Assembly: GCA_951406725.2 (NCBI GenBank)
Contig: OX597821.1
Span: 5,208,001 to 5,272,000 of the forward strand
From: Octopus vulgaris
Lineage: Eukaryota
DNA: 64,000 bases
Reading direction: 5' to 3'
The position numbers and the translations under genes were made by a program. A model generated the notes under the pieces. That model searched no databases, was not told where the DNA came from, and saw only the letters and a list, made by a program, of their open reading frames with translations. Below, piece after piece: positions 26,930 through 40,073 of the stretch (positions are counted from its first letter, which is position 1; each line of letters begins with the position of its first letter).

Positions 26930-27530
26930 AGCTAGTCCGTTGCATCGCTCCCAGTTCTCAATCGGTACTTATTTTATCGACCCTCAAAGGGACGAAATGC
27001 AAAGTAAACCTTGGTAGCATTGGAAACACGAAACCTAAAACGCTGCTAAGTACTTTGGGCCGACGTGCAAGCAATTTTGATCGCTCGTTGCCTGCGAACT
27101 TCCTTTATTATAATATTCTATCCTACTATAAACACAAGGACTCAAAATTTCGGGGATGAATCAAGTCCATTAGATCGACACGCTGTGCTCAACTGCTATT
27201 TATTTTATAGACGCCCAAATGGTGAAAGGCAATGTCGATCTGTGCAGAATTTGAACTCAGAACGAAAAGACGGTCGAAATGACGCAAAGCATTTTGTCCG
27301 GCGTGCTAAAGATACTATTTACTCTATTTACTCTATGATCTGAAATATGGGGAGAGAGTTAATCGATTACATCGACGCTAATACTTGACTGCTACTTTAT
27401 TTTATCGACACCGAATATGTGAAAGGAAAGGTTATTCTCGGTACAGTTTGAACTTATTATGTTAGATGTCGGAAAAAATTTTGCTATGTATTTTGTCCAA
27501 TGCTCCGATGATTCTGCTAATCCACTTCTC
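26930..27530 (-). mobile_element. three old tandem SINE family E copies
   Basis: repeated TACT(T)ATTTTATCGAC...GAAAGGCAA.GT...TTTGAACT blocks near 26966, 27195 and 27392. Confidence 0.65.
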
Positions 27531-28192
27531 TAATGATAGTGATAATAAAATTAATATATTATCACACAAAAACAAAAAAGCTATATACTACTACCCATAT
27601 ATCAAAATTTTCAGATATTTTCCATTTGGAAATGTTACTGATCTTATATGTCTAAGCCAATTTACAAAAGTGTGTGACAGAAAATCAGATTATCAGCTAT
27701 ATATCACACAAAACACTTCTATTACATTCACTTAGTGATCATAGAACTGAACGTAATTATACAAATGGCAGAGTATTCTGCGCCATTTTGTTTGTTCTTT
27801 TATTCATCTCCTTTTCGTTTTACGTCTGGTATTTGTTCATATTTTCTCTTTTTCAAACATCTCTCATAACAACATAAGTAAATGTGACTGAATTTATTTT
27901 TATTATCTCATTACAGGCCTGTGAAAATGTCCATATCTGTTTATTTTATTTATTCTTACGCCGAGTCTTTAATTTCGTAACCTCTCTTCTCGCACGCCTC
28001 TTTCACTCTCTTTTCCTCTGTCACTCCTTTTTTCTTTCTCTATATTATTTGCAGAGGCTCCAACATACCATAACACTGGCGTTTTCTGTTCTCTATTTGT
28101 GATGTTAATTCTAATATTTTTACTCATCCGTAATTTACTATGCCTTTGTGGTATTAATCATTAATAACGAAATGTTCAGATGACAAACTTTC

Positions 28193-28248
<56 letters not shown>

Positions 28249-28283
28249 TATAAATATATATATACATATATATATATATATAT

Positions 28284-28316
<33 letters not shown>

Positions 28317-28865
28317 ATATATGTATTTATAGGGAGAGAGACATATGCATGTACTTATATATGTAAATATATATTGTATTATCGTCATGGAATACGGTTC
28401 AGTCGAGGTGCACTAATATAAGCTTTAGTGTGTCATTCACGATACTAGCATCGAGGTTTCTATTCCATTATTTAAGAATTTCGTAACCATCGTTTCGAAC
28501 TACAGTTCATTAAGAAAAGTGTAGAGTACTCCAACAGGTATTAATTTATTTCTATGTAGGAAATCACCGTTGACTATTTATTATGCCATAACTATCGTGT
28601 ATTGTTGGACTGATATGCACCATTGAATAAGAAAAGGATAATAAAAATATACATATATAGAAAACCATACAGATAGGGTGACAAAGACTACAGGTGTCAC
28701 ATACAAGAGAGGAAGATGGGGAATATGCGCCGTGCATTCGCAACTTATATACATACACACAACACACAAACACACATATATATATGCATGTATATGTTTA
28801 TGTGTATATGTACATATGTGTGTGTGTGTGTGCGTGTGTGTGGGGGTACACATACACATATATAT

Positions 28866-29220
28866 GCACTTTTACTCTTTTACTTGTTTCAGTCTTTTGA
28901 CTGCAGCCAAGCTGGAGTACTGCCTTTAGTCGAGCAAATCGACCCAAGGACTTATACGAACGCTACGTTACTGGGCCGTAAACACAGCAACATCGGCTGT
29001 CAAGCGATGGTGAGGGAGGGAGAACTACAAGCAAAAATATGTACATTTATATGTAGGTGTGTATGTATATATACGACGGGCTTTTTTCAGTTTCCGGCAA
29101 CGAAATCCACTCGGCCCGAGGTTATAGTAGAAGACATTTGTCAAGGTGCCACTCAGTGGGACTGAACCTGGAACCATGTCGTTGGTAAGCAAGTTGCTTA
29201 CGACAGCCACTCCTACTCCT
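28866..29220 (-). mobile_element. SINE family A (small internal deletion)
   Basis: reverse complement of the family A tail through head. Confidence 0.88.
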
Positions 29221-29221
29221 G

Positions 29222-29459
29222 TTATATTTTGATTGGTTTCAGCCAAAGGTTCGGACCATGCTGCAGCACCGTCTTTCGGTGTGTATGGTTCTCCCTTCGG
29301 AACTCTTTTGAGTGAAGGGGCGAGTTGGACGGAGTTCCTCTTCACTGTCCCTCCTGCCACGATGGGGGTTCAAATATAAATTTGTTCAGACACATCTTTT
29401 TGAAGATCTCCACATCTGCACCTCGCAAAGCACTGACGTTGTTTGACAGGATGTTGAAC

Positions 29460-29462
<3 letters not shown>
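29222..29462 (-). mobile_element. 3' terminus of a CR1-type LINE
   Basis: minus-strand MFNILSNNVSALRGADVEIFKK...EPPSWQE...SNS parallels the C-terminus at 56650-56830; tail CGGTGCTGCAGCATGGTCCGAACCTTTGGCTGAAAC. Confidence 0.7.
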
Positions 29463-29504
<42 letters not shown>

Positions 29505-29545
29505 TCCCGCTCATATACACACGCACGCCTACACATACACACACA

Positions 29546-29613
<68 letters not shown>

Positions 29614-29709
29614 TGTGCGTATATAATATTACATATTATACATACCTAAACGCATGCATGCATCAATATAATTGTGACTAAGACGTTCACAGGAAACCTA
29701 AAGTCAAAT

Positions 29710-29776
<67 letters not shown>
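29710..29776. repeat. (TAG)n microsatellite
   Basis: direct reading. Confidence 0.97.
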
Positions 29777-29778
<2 letters not shown>

Positions 29779-30181
29779 CAGAATTTTGGTTGCAACTATA
29801 CAGATGACTCCGCGGTGAGATATCTAGTCACTTAAATCGTCTCCTGTATTATTTTAAGTTTTGGTGTATGTATTCTTGTGCGAACTACTGACGGAATCAG
29901 CACCGTCTTTGGGGCACAGTGACAGTCATACACACACACACACACACACACCTTTCGACCTTCTGTTTTCGGTAAAGAAATATGAATGAAGTACTACAGT
30001 CGATTATACTGACTGTTTTGAGTCCATTAAAAATATTAGGCCTTAAGCCTATGTTAGAAACATTTCTATGAAGTTGGGTGAAAATTACTGATACCAGCAC
30101 AAGGAAACAAATTTTGGTAGGAGGCGTTCTATTTGCCTGACTTCATCTCAATACACTGATTCTATAAATACGAATGCATTA

Positions 30182-30263
30182 CTTTTTTATTCTTTTATGT
30201 TTTACTTGTTTCGGTCATTGGACTGCGGCCATGCTGGGGCAGCTCTTGAAATGGTTTGGTTGA

Positions 30264-30331
<68 letters not shown>

Positions 30332-30490
30332 AGGAAAGAAAGAGAGACAGAGACGAATTTCCACACAACTTGTGTCTACCAAATTCACTCACAAGGCAAT
30401 GGTTCCGTCCAGGTTATAGTAGGAGAATACGCCTTGCAAAGGAAATGACCCGAAACCAATTAGTTGCAAAGCGACCCTCTTAACCACGAA
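30182..30490 (-). mobile_element. SINE family A remnant whose middle is replaced by (GAAA)n (30263-30342)
   Basis: tail TTTTACTTGTTTCGGTCATTGGACTGCGGCCATGCTGG; head-side GTCTACCAAATTCACTCACAAGGC. Confidence 0.7.
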
Positions 30491-30724
30491 CACCTGTTAT
30501 TTACTGAAGTTAATACCAATAAATAATTCATAGCATTTCTACTGTAAGACCTTTTACCTATATGAAAATAATTAATATTTAAAACGTTAATAACGAGATA
30601 AGATATACTGTTGTTATGACAGAAATATTTTACATATATCTTTATATACATGTTGCATAAATATTTTCATTCATAATTCCAGTTTGTTTGCTTTCATTTT
30701 TTAAATGTCGGTAATATGGTTAGT

Positions 30725-31108
30725 GGAGGCGCAATGGCCCAGTGGTTAGAGCAGCGGACTCGTGGTCGGAGGATCGCGGTTTCGATTCCCAGACCGGGCG
30801 TTGTGAGTGTTTATTGAGCGAAAACACCTAAAGCTCCACGAGGCTCCGGCAGGGATGGTGGTGATCCCTGCTGTACTCTTTCACCACAACTTTCTCTCAC
30901 TCTTACTTCCTGTTTCTGTTGTACCTGTATTTCAAAGGGCCGGCCTTGTCACTCTCTGTGTCACGCTGAATATCCCCGAGAACTACGTTAAGGGTACACG
31001 TGTCTGTGGAGTGCTCAGCCACTTACACGTTAATTTCACGAGCAGGCTGTTCCATTGATCGGATCAACCGGAACCCTCGTCGTCGGAACCGACGGAGTGC
31101 TTCCATCC
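30725..31108 (+). mobile_element. young tRNA-derived SINE, family B, full length with a 12-bp TSD
   Basis: A-box TGGCCCAGTGG, B-box GTTTCGATTCC; TSD AATATGGTTAGT at 30713-30724 and 31109-31120; nearly identical to 48971-49357. Confidence 0.95.
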
Positions 31109-32770
31109 AATATGGTTAGTAAACCAGGAATTCTTGAATTATTTTCTCAAATAATGCAGTAATATTATGGAGACATAAATATTTCGCCTATGTTTATCGC
31201 ACCTGCATATTTTTCAAGCGTGGATCTATATTTCTCTCTTTAAATTGTTATGAATTTTATGCCTACTTTTTACCTTTAATCTGATAAAAGTACTTTTCCT
31301 TTTTCTCAGAGTTATATTGTGACAGCGTTGTATGTGCACTTAACTATAAACGTATATTAATAAGTTTCTGCTTAACATTTCACATAACCAGGTTTGAAAT
31401 GGGTACTTTGTTAATAATAGTTCTAATATAGAATAAATAGATTTCAATAAGAAAATTAAAGCCGCAATGTATTTCCCGAATTTCACAAAGTAATGAGGAA
31501 AAAATACATTAATAATTATGCGTAATAGAAAACACCCGAAAAACAAATTGAATATAAAACAAAAAAGATATTTATTCAATAATTTGGCCTCTCTTGTTTC
31601 TCCCTTGTCTGTTATTTTAAAGTTGAAATTCAATATAGAAATAAATGTTCGTTTCGTTCAGTGTTTGACAGCAAATCTAAAGTAAGGTGCATTGCTATCG
31701 AGTGATTACAAGATATTATAGGCGTCTTCATAAACCTAAGATTACAATAGGGTGTCTCCTATGTATCATGACCTACATTGCTATTGCGACTTTATGCGCC
31801 AATCTATTGGTTTCCATCTCACACTTTGAAAATTACTTATATTAACACTGAGAATATTAGCATTTACAGCAACTGCAATGGTGTAGAGAATAACATTTCA
31901 AATATTGAGATATTCCTCTGTGTCTCTTTAGATCTGGTAGTATGGAACCTGTTTATTTATTTGTAACAAAATAATAACTATATTTTCTGTTACACGCAAA
32001 AGAAGCTCCTATTTAACCGAATATATTGCAAACGTGATTAGTTTTGCAATAGGAGTATGCGTAGACGGCCTTCCAATTCAAATCGATCTTACTCGTGGTG
32101 ATATTATGCATATTACATTATCAAAACTCTAGCGACAGTCACAAGAATTGAATTCTTCACTTTGCGCTGTGCATTATTTTTGAAAAATTCAAGTGTGACC
32201 CAATAATTCCATACATGCAATGATTCTGCCGTTACTACTGTAGAGTTTCATCGCAGGCGTCTAAAACGGAGCCTTCTTAATTAATTACTCAAGAAAATAC
32301 ATAGGAAATGATCCACCATCACTCGAGCAAATTCACTCCTCAACTTGTCCCATTTGCCAAAAAGTTTGCACTACACAAGCAGGCCTCCTGATGAGACACA
32401 TGCGTATTCATAGCACCATAGAACATGCTTACCACTCTATATTACTGAGCTCATTTGTCGTTGAAGACAAGAGAACGCATCTTTATATATATATATATAT
32501 AAATAAAAGGTAATTCCCCTTCTGGGGACTTTGCAGTAATTACTCCCCTTCTAGTAATGAGTAAGTAAGCGTGTATATTTATACTTGTGAACATGGATGT
32601 ATGCATGTATTCACTTGTACTTGTGTGGATGTGTATTTATGCTAATATATACTTTTTTATACACATGTATACGTAATTTTATTTTGTGTACGTTCGTGAC
32701 ACATATTCAGCCACCTATCTTTCTTTCTTTACCACCTTTTTTTACATTTATGTGCTTACTCCGGTATATG

Positions 32771-32832
<62 letters not shown>

Positions 32833-34087
32833 ATCCAAATATGAAAACACAAAGAGAAAACACAACAACGCGAGGACGTGGAACAAGTATAGTATTATTG
32901 GACGCTCAGGAAAGAAGGAAAGAAGGAGGGTTTAACGTTTCGAGCGACATATATATAAATGGGGGGTGCGATGATCATTGAAAAATAAAAAAGAGTTTAA
33001 AGTCCCACAAAAATGTATATTTCTTTCCACTTGTATAATCAAGTCCCATATTCTGTGTAATTCCATGTTTTGCATGTACAAGCATTAAATATTTGTACAG
33101 TATTCATAAACTAGGAGAATAAAGTCAGAAAATGAAAAAATAATTCGCTAATATTTATAATTCAATCTATTCTCTATATCCATTTAATCAAACATCAAAA
33201 ATAAGTTTTGTATGTATATTGTATATTTAGCTGGAAGTCTCTATGTACGATATAAATTATATAATAAAGCAGGGCCTGCTTAAATAAATTTTTTGAGTAT
33301 CTTTCATCGTTTTGTAGGATCTATTTTTCTTTTACTTGCTTGCTTGGATAAGATAATTCAAAAGAGAACTAAGTTACAAACTTTAAAAATATGTACTGGA
33401 CATGCCGCTTCAGTACCTTCCTGACTCGCATGTATAGAAACGTTTTTATTGTACTTCCAGAACCAATAAACTAGCTATCATGCATAAACTTAGTTGCAAA
33501 AATATTTGACTAATTTCTGTTATACTTCAAGATCCTCACGTTTAGCTCACTTTTTTTTTTCGATTACATATGAAAGAATCTCATATTTTCAATGGTATTT
33601 GAGCCAATTTTTTTGGTTTTCCATCTTGATCAAATTATTTCGTAAAAGATGAAGACGGCGAGCTAGCACAACCGTTACCACGCCGGACAAAACGCTTGGT
33701 GGCATTTCTTCCGTCCCTTTCATTAATTTGGTGGGCTTTAAAATAACTTCCAGTCCAGTAGTGGGTCGATGAAATCAATTTCCCCTTCCTCTAAATATGT
33801 GTTGGCCCTGTACCAAAATTTAAAACCATTATCTGATATCATTGATAAATGCAACCGGCCATTTAGGTATAGTACATAACGATTATATACCATTGGCTTT
33901 AAGATCAAATATATGGATGGATCAGAACAGTTTGATTCAAAATCTTGATACTCTAAGTTTCAAGTGTGGCGCTAATCTTCGGCCATTGGATTTTGAATCA
34001 AACTGTTCTCATCCATACTACCAATGAATGTGTTGAGTGCCCTTCCTTCGTTTGTTTACTCACTCCTATATATATATATATGTATAT

Positions 34088-34468
34088 GTATATGACTGTG
34101 TGGTAACTAGCTTGCTTACCAACCGCATGGTTTCGGGTTCAGTCCCACTGCGTGGCACCTTGAGCAAGTGTCTTCTACTATAGCCTCGGGCCAACCAAAG
34201 CCTTGTCAGTGGATTTGGTAGACGGAAACTGAAAGAATCCTGTCGTATATATGTGGGTGTTTGTGTCTGTGTTTGCCTCCCAGCATCGCTTGACAACCGA
34301 TGCTGGTGTGTTTACGCCTCTGTCACTTAGCGGTTCGGCAAGAAAAACCGATAGAATAAGTACTAAGCTTACAAAGAATAAATCCTGGAGTCGATTTGTT
34401 CGACTAAAGGCGGTGCTCCAGCATGGCCGCAGTCAAATGACTGAAACAAATAAAAGAATAGAAGAATA
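34088..34468 (+). mobile_element. SINE family A, near full length
   Basis: colinear with 3443-3844. Confidence 0.92.
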
Positions 34469-34483
34469 TATATATATATATAT

Positions 34484-34526
<43 letters not shown>

Positions 34527-34574
34527 TATGCATATATATCTATATATTATATATATATATATATATGCATATAT

Positions 34575-34840
34575 GTATTGGCATATGAATTCGTGAGTTC
34601 GATTCCCGGCGGCGAGTTGTGTCCTTAAGCAAGACAGTTTATTTCACTCACCTGGTAAAAATGAGTAGTACCTGTGTAGTCAAACGTGCCAGCCTTATCA
34701 AATTCTGTGTCACGTTAAAACATCCTTAGATCTACGATAAAGGTACGCATGTCGGTATAGAGCACGGTAATTTCACGAACAGTCTCTTCTGTTGATCAAA
34801 TCGATTGGATCACTCGTCGTCGCAATCGACGAAATGCCAA
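34575..34840 (+). mobile_element. older relative of SINE family B
   Basis: GAGTTCGATTCCCGG, TTCTGTGTCACGTT, CTACGATAAAGGTACGCATGTC, TAATTTCACGAACAG, CTCGTCGTCGCAATCGACG match family B. Confidence 0.75.
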
Positions 34841-34951
34841 GACAGCCAGAAGTCAAGTACTGACGTTGCTGTAATTGATTTATTCCCTCTCTTCAAAATG
34901 TCTGACCTTCTATGAGAGTGAGAAAGAATATTATTCAGATATGGGTTGGAG

Positions 34952-35214
34952 GGTGGAGGTGCGTGGCTTAGTGGTTAGGGTGTCAGCATCACGATCGTAA
35001 GATTGTGGTTCGATTCCTGGACCGGGCGACGCGTTGTGTTTTTGAGCAAAACACTTCCTTTCACGTTGCTCCAGTCCACTCAGGTGGCAAAAATGAGTAA
35101 AGCTGCGATGGACTGGCGTGCAGTCCAGCTGGGGAACACATACGCCATAGAAACCGGGAAACCGGGCCCATGAGCCTGGCTTTAAAAGGGCGCATTTATT
35201 TATTTATTTTTATT
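34952..35214 (+). mobile_element. tRNA-derived SINE, family C, with a V-domain-like core and an 8-bp TSD
   Basis: TGGCTTAGTGG / GGTTCGATTCC boxes; CTGCGATGGACTGGCG..C.GTCCAG resembles the V-SINE core; (ATTT)n tail; GGTTGGAG at 34944-34951 and 35215-35222. Confidence 0.85.
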
Positions 35215-36185
35215 GGTTGGAGAAGGGGTCAATGCCTCTTATATATAATCGCAGGATTTACTCCGATGCTAGAATTTTGTTGCTTCTTTTCGCTGGTGTT
35301 GTTTTTTAACCCTAGGTCAATGCTTATCCCGCAAATAAGTTCAAGAATAAACCAGGGCTCTTATTCATGATTAGAGCAATTTCAGTTAACATCTATCACA
35401 ATCGTTCCTGGTAAAATATTTATACATCAAAATATCATATTTCTCTGCAGGCAGACCTCGTTGTTTTGCTTGTTTTCAGTTCTATTTTTCCTACCCACCC
35501 CCCTTCATAGCAAGCAATTATTAACATGATATTATTTATGATGACAGTCAGATAATTTTGTTTTTATATACGGTGCTTGTTTTATGTATCATTTATGTTT
35601 ATAAAAACTGATTAGTGTCATATGTGTGTTATAAAATGTAATTATATTACACTCTTTTCTGTTTGATTTCTCTTCATGTACCGATGTTGTTTGTCTCCCT
35701 TCACTTCGTTTCTTCTATTTATAATTTACAATAGATTAAAAATGTACGCGTGTCTGGCGGTTATAAACTATGTTGCTTCCTCAATATATTTCCATTTGAA
35801 CGAGACGAGGTTAATTTGTTCAAATACACATATATACATATATACTTTAGGACATCTATGTATATATATATATAGGGGGGGGATGTGGCTGTGTGAGTGT
35901 GCATTTATATGTGTGTGTGTGTGTGTACACAATGCATACATACGTATACGTACATTTGCATAAATATATGTATTCATGTGTACATATCTGTGTTTATGGG
36001 GCGCTCTTGTGTGATTCATGTTAGAGATTATACATACAAATATATGTGCGTGTGTGTGAGTGTGTGTATATATGTATGTACGTGTATCTGATCGGCCATT
36101 TATTTCTGTTTGTTTGTGTATGTGCATATCTTTATATACGTATCTAAAATGATATACGCACACATTAGTATAAACCTATTTACAT

Positions 36186-36267
<82 letters not shown>

Positions 36268-37048
36268 TTGTATATATGTGTGTATGTGTGCGTACATGTA
36301 TGTGAGAAAGTGTGCGTGAGTGTGGATAAATGTATGATATATTATTTTAATAGACAGATATAAATTCACTATTTCTATTTACTACAAAATGTAGCAACTA
36401 CCTTTGAACTGCATCCTTATTCTATCGGTCAATACTGATATTTTAAATTTGTTTAAAATAGCAGTCGTATATATACAGCATATAGTAAGTCCATTTATGG
36501 ACGAGATGTTGTTCCAACTATTCCTTCATTACGGTCGTTTCAACATTAGATGGTTCAGGTATAAATATTAGTGATTGTGTATCATGTGATATTACACAAA
36601 ACTCTAACGTGGTACACTGGCAGAATCGTTAACACATCTAGCAAAATGCTAAAATTCAAATTTCGCTGATATTGACTGATAAGATAAGTTGTAGCTAAGC
36701 ACTGAAGTGGCTATAATTTACTAACCCCAGCATCGCTGATCTTGAGCCGAAATTTGAAACCAATAATACACAACAATATATATATTTATGATATAGAAAG
36801 ACTTTTACAGCTTCTGTATTTTTTCTCGTTTTATTTCTAATGTTCTTTTAGTCTTTTATTCTTTTACTTGTTTCAGACTTTTGAATGCCTCCATGCTGGA
36901 GCACCACCTCTAGTCGAATAAATCGGCCCAGTACATATTATATCGGTTGCGTTTGCCGGACCGTTAATTTACGTAAACGCAACAGCATCGGTTGACAAGT
37001 GATGGTGAGAGGAAAAAACACAAACACACCAACATATACATACATATA

Positions 37049-38174
37049 AGAGGTGTGTATGAAAAGTCTTCAGCATCAAAAACACAAAACATCTTACAAG
37101 ACTTCTGATGATTTATTTTTCAGCATCGTCCCCCTCGATGGCTGAACACTTTATCCAGCGGTGCTGAAGCGCCATTATCCCGCCGTAGAAGACCTCTTTT
37201 GTTTGAGACTGCAAGAAACTTCCTACAGAGCTTATGACGTCATTGTCACTGGCAAAATGGCGACCAACCAGGGTTTTCTTCATTTTGGGGAATAGATGAA
37301 AGTCAGAGGGGGCAAAGTCTGGCGAATAAGGCGAATGGGGAACAAGTTCGTATCCACAATCACGAATTGTTGCCATGGCAACAACTGAGGTGTGGGCGAG
37401 AACATTGTTGTGATAAAAAACGTCTCCTCTGGTGAGCATTCCCGGAATTTTTTCTTTGATTGCTTCTCAGAGGCGTTTCAGCAGCTGAGAATAGTACAGC
37501 ACTATCACGGTGTGACCCTTTTCAAGATAATGGATCAGCAAGACACCTTGATAATCCAAAAAAAGCGGATGCCATGACCTTTCCAGCTGAAAGAATGACC
37601 CTAACCTTCTTGGGGGTAGGAGAAAATGTGAGCCACCACTACTTTGATTGTTCTTTGGTTTCAGGCTGGCAGCGTTGAGCCCAACTTTCGTCCTTAGTAA
37701 TGAAACGAGCAAGAAAATTCTCTTCATTGGCTTCAAACAGTCCCAAGTTGCTTGTCGACAAAGCACACCTGGTGCGTTTCTGTTCAGAAGTCAAAAGGCA
37801 GTTTCAGGCCTCCCTGGTCTGGGATCATCTTCCACACTCTCCCTGCTACGCTCGAATTCATTTACCCAGCGTTTAACTGTTGCATATGAAGGAGCATTGT
37901 CTGTTAAGTTTCTCACCATATCTTCATGGATTTCTGATGAGTCATGCCTTTCAAATGAAAGTACTTATGACAGCACGATACTCAGTTTTCTCCATTTTCC
38001 TTGTAACCTTGACACTTGTTTATTCAAACATCTGCAACAAAAAAAAATTTAAATATCAGAATCATGAAAATGAACAGGAATACTCCGAAAAGACTGTACT
38101 TACCTGAAAAAATTGATTCAACTATATAGCAGCCCCATTTCTGCGTTAGGCTCAAAACTGTTCATACAGCCTTC

Positions 38175-38177
<3 letters not shown>
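37049..38177 (-). mobile_element. mariner DNA transposon (~1.13 kb, internally deleted) with ~28-bp degenerate TIRs and TA flanks
   Basis: left AGAGGTGTGTATGAAAAGTCTTCAGCAT vs right (reverse complement) ATGAAGGCTGTATGAACAGTTTTGAGCCT. Confidence 0.88.
37113..37995 (-). pseudogene. mariner DD34D transposase pseudogene
   Basis: HNNVLAHTS...LVPHSPYSPDFAPSDFHLFPKMKK...RWIKCSAIEGDDAEK; DYQGVLLIHYLEKGHTV..YY..LL. Confidence 0.93.
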
Positions 38178-38213
<36 letters not shown>

Positions 38214-39008
38214 CGACATTCTTGCAGTTTCCGTCGACAAGATCCACTCACACTTTGGTCAGTCCGAGGCTGTAGTAGAATACACTTGACCAAGGTGTCA
38301 AGCAGTGGAACTGAACCCGAAACCATGTGGTTGGGAAGCAAGCTTCATACCGCGCAGTCACACTCGCGTCTTTTCCCTATTTTTCCTTTAATATTTTCTT
38401 ATGAAATAGGCATAATATGTGAATCTGTTCGAGTGCTCGATCATATATATGTAACGCTGTCCAAGCGCATCTGAATATCGCAGGTTCCGTGCAGGAAACT
38501 TAATGTAGCGTACGATTAACTATTGTATTCATTAAACAATATTAAGAAACTGAGTGTGTTGTTTTTGCTGAGCCGATCAACAGGCATATATTACACTATA
38601 TGTGTGTGTATGTGCGTATGTACGTGAGAGTGGTTTTCCGAATGTGTGTGCGGGTGTGTATTCTCCTGTTTGTTTCAGTCGATAACCCGCAGCCATACAG
38701 AAGCAACGACTGGAAGAAATGTAAATTTATTCAATCCACCATTGTACTCATTATATTTGGCATATATTTTTCATCAACGTCTTGCTGAAATTTTAAGCTA
38801 GATTTCAGAAAAAAAACAACACTAGTTATCAAGCAGATAGTATCAGTTGCAAAAATACACTCGTTAATTTTTCCGTCAACTTTTTCCTGGAGAAGAATTC
38901 AGTCCGTAACGTTGAATTTTTCTTGCCACAGCATGTTCTCTGTACATATTCTTTGAATTTACTAAATAATACAAGTGTTGTCGAAGCAGGTTGATGTTCT
39001 CGTTGGAG

Positions 39009-39088
<80 letters not shown>

Positions 39089-39099
39089 GTGTGTGTGTG

Positions 39100-39138
<39 letters not shown>

Positions 39139-39159
39139 GTATGTATATATGTATATATG

Positions 39160-39216
<57 letters not shown>

Positions 39217-39236
39217 CGATAGATAGATAGATAGAT

Positions 39237-39305
<69 letters not shown>

Positions 39306-39980
39306 TTGGCATGTACATACTCATATATGTATATATATGTATATATATATATGTATATTAGTAAAAGGATACGCTGTGTATATCTACCTGGTGGAGATAA
39401 CAGTCAAAATTCTTATTTAAACCGCCGACAAAAAGACACTGATAATGACTACAGAAATCAAGCGTCTATGAGTATATGTGTTACGAAAATCATCCCACAT
39501 ACCAGTATGGCATCCAGCTATATATTTGTTTAGTATTTGGACTCAAGTGAACCGGTTTCTAAACTGCAACTGATTCGTTTTGTGCCAAATCATAGCATTT
39601 TCACTGTGAAAAAATAATTATAATAGGGAGCAAATAATTCAGCAGAAAATATTTGCGAAAATACCATTAAGTCTATTATTATCTACGAGAGAAAAAACTT
39701 AAATTGATAATAACAGTATTAATAATGTAGGCGATAGCAGGCGCCAAAGAGCATTAAATAGCCGAAGGATTAACATCTATATTAATCATAGGACATATTG
39801 AGTATGTCTACCTGCTGGAAATAGCAGTCGAGACTCTTATTTAAACCACCGAAAAAGATGACACTGATATTCATTGCAGCTACTTAATATTTTGCAATCT
39901 GCAATCGCCTATATTATTAATTCTGTTATTATCAATTAATTATTTTATCCTAGATAATAATAGAGTTAGTGGTATTATAC

Positions 39981-40073
<93 letters not shown>

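Larger units (their letters stand above)
36852..38370 (-). mobile_element. SINE family A split into 3' half (36852-37046) and 5' half (38178-38370) by a mariner insertion
   Basis: the halves are colinear with the intact copy 8787-9200 once 37049-38177 is removed. Confidence 0.85.

Noticed and set aside
30725-30800. tRNA genes suggested by A/B boxes
   Set aside because: They are SINE heads continuing into SINE bodies; no complete cloverleaf or Pol III terminator
30807-31058. Apparent duplicated small gene (MVVIPAVLFHHNF..., also at 49092-49295)
   Set aside because: Both ORFs lie inside SINE family B copies
37934-37975. CTGATGA...GAAA string
   Set aside because: Lies on the antisense strand of the mariner transposase and has no stem II; coincidental
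39378-39880. 75-bp direct repeat as possible LTR pair
   Set aside because: Both units are copies of the old dispersed repeat seen at many other sites
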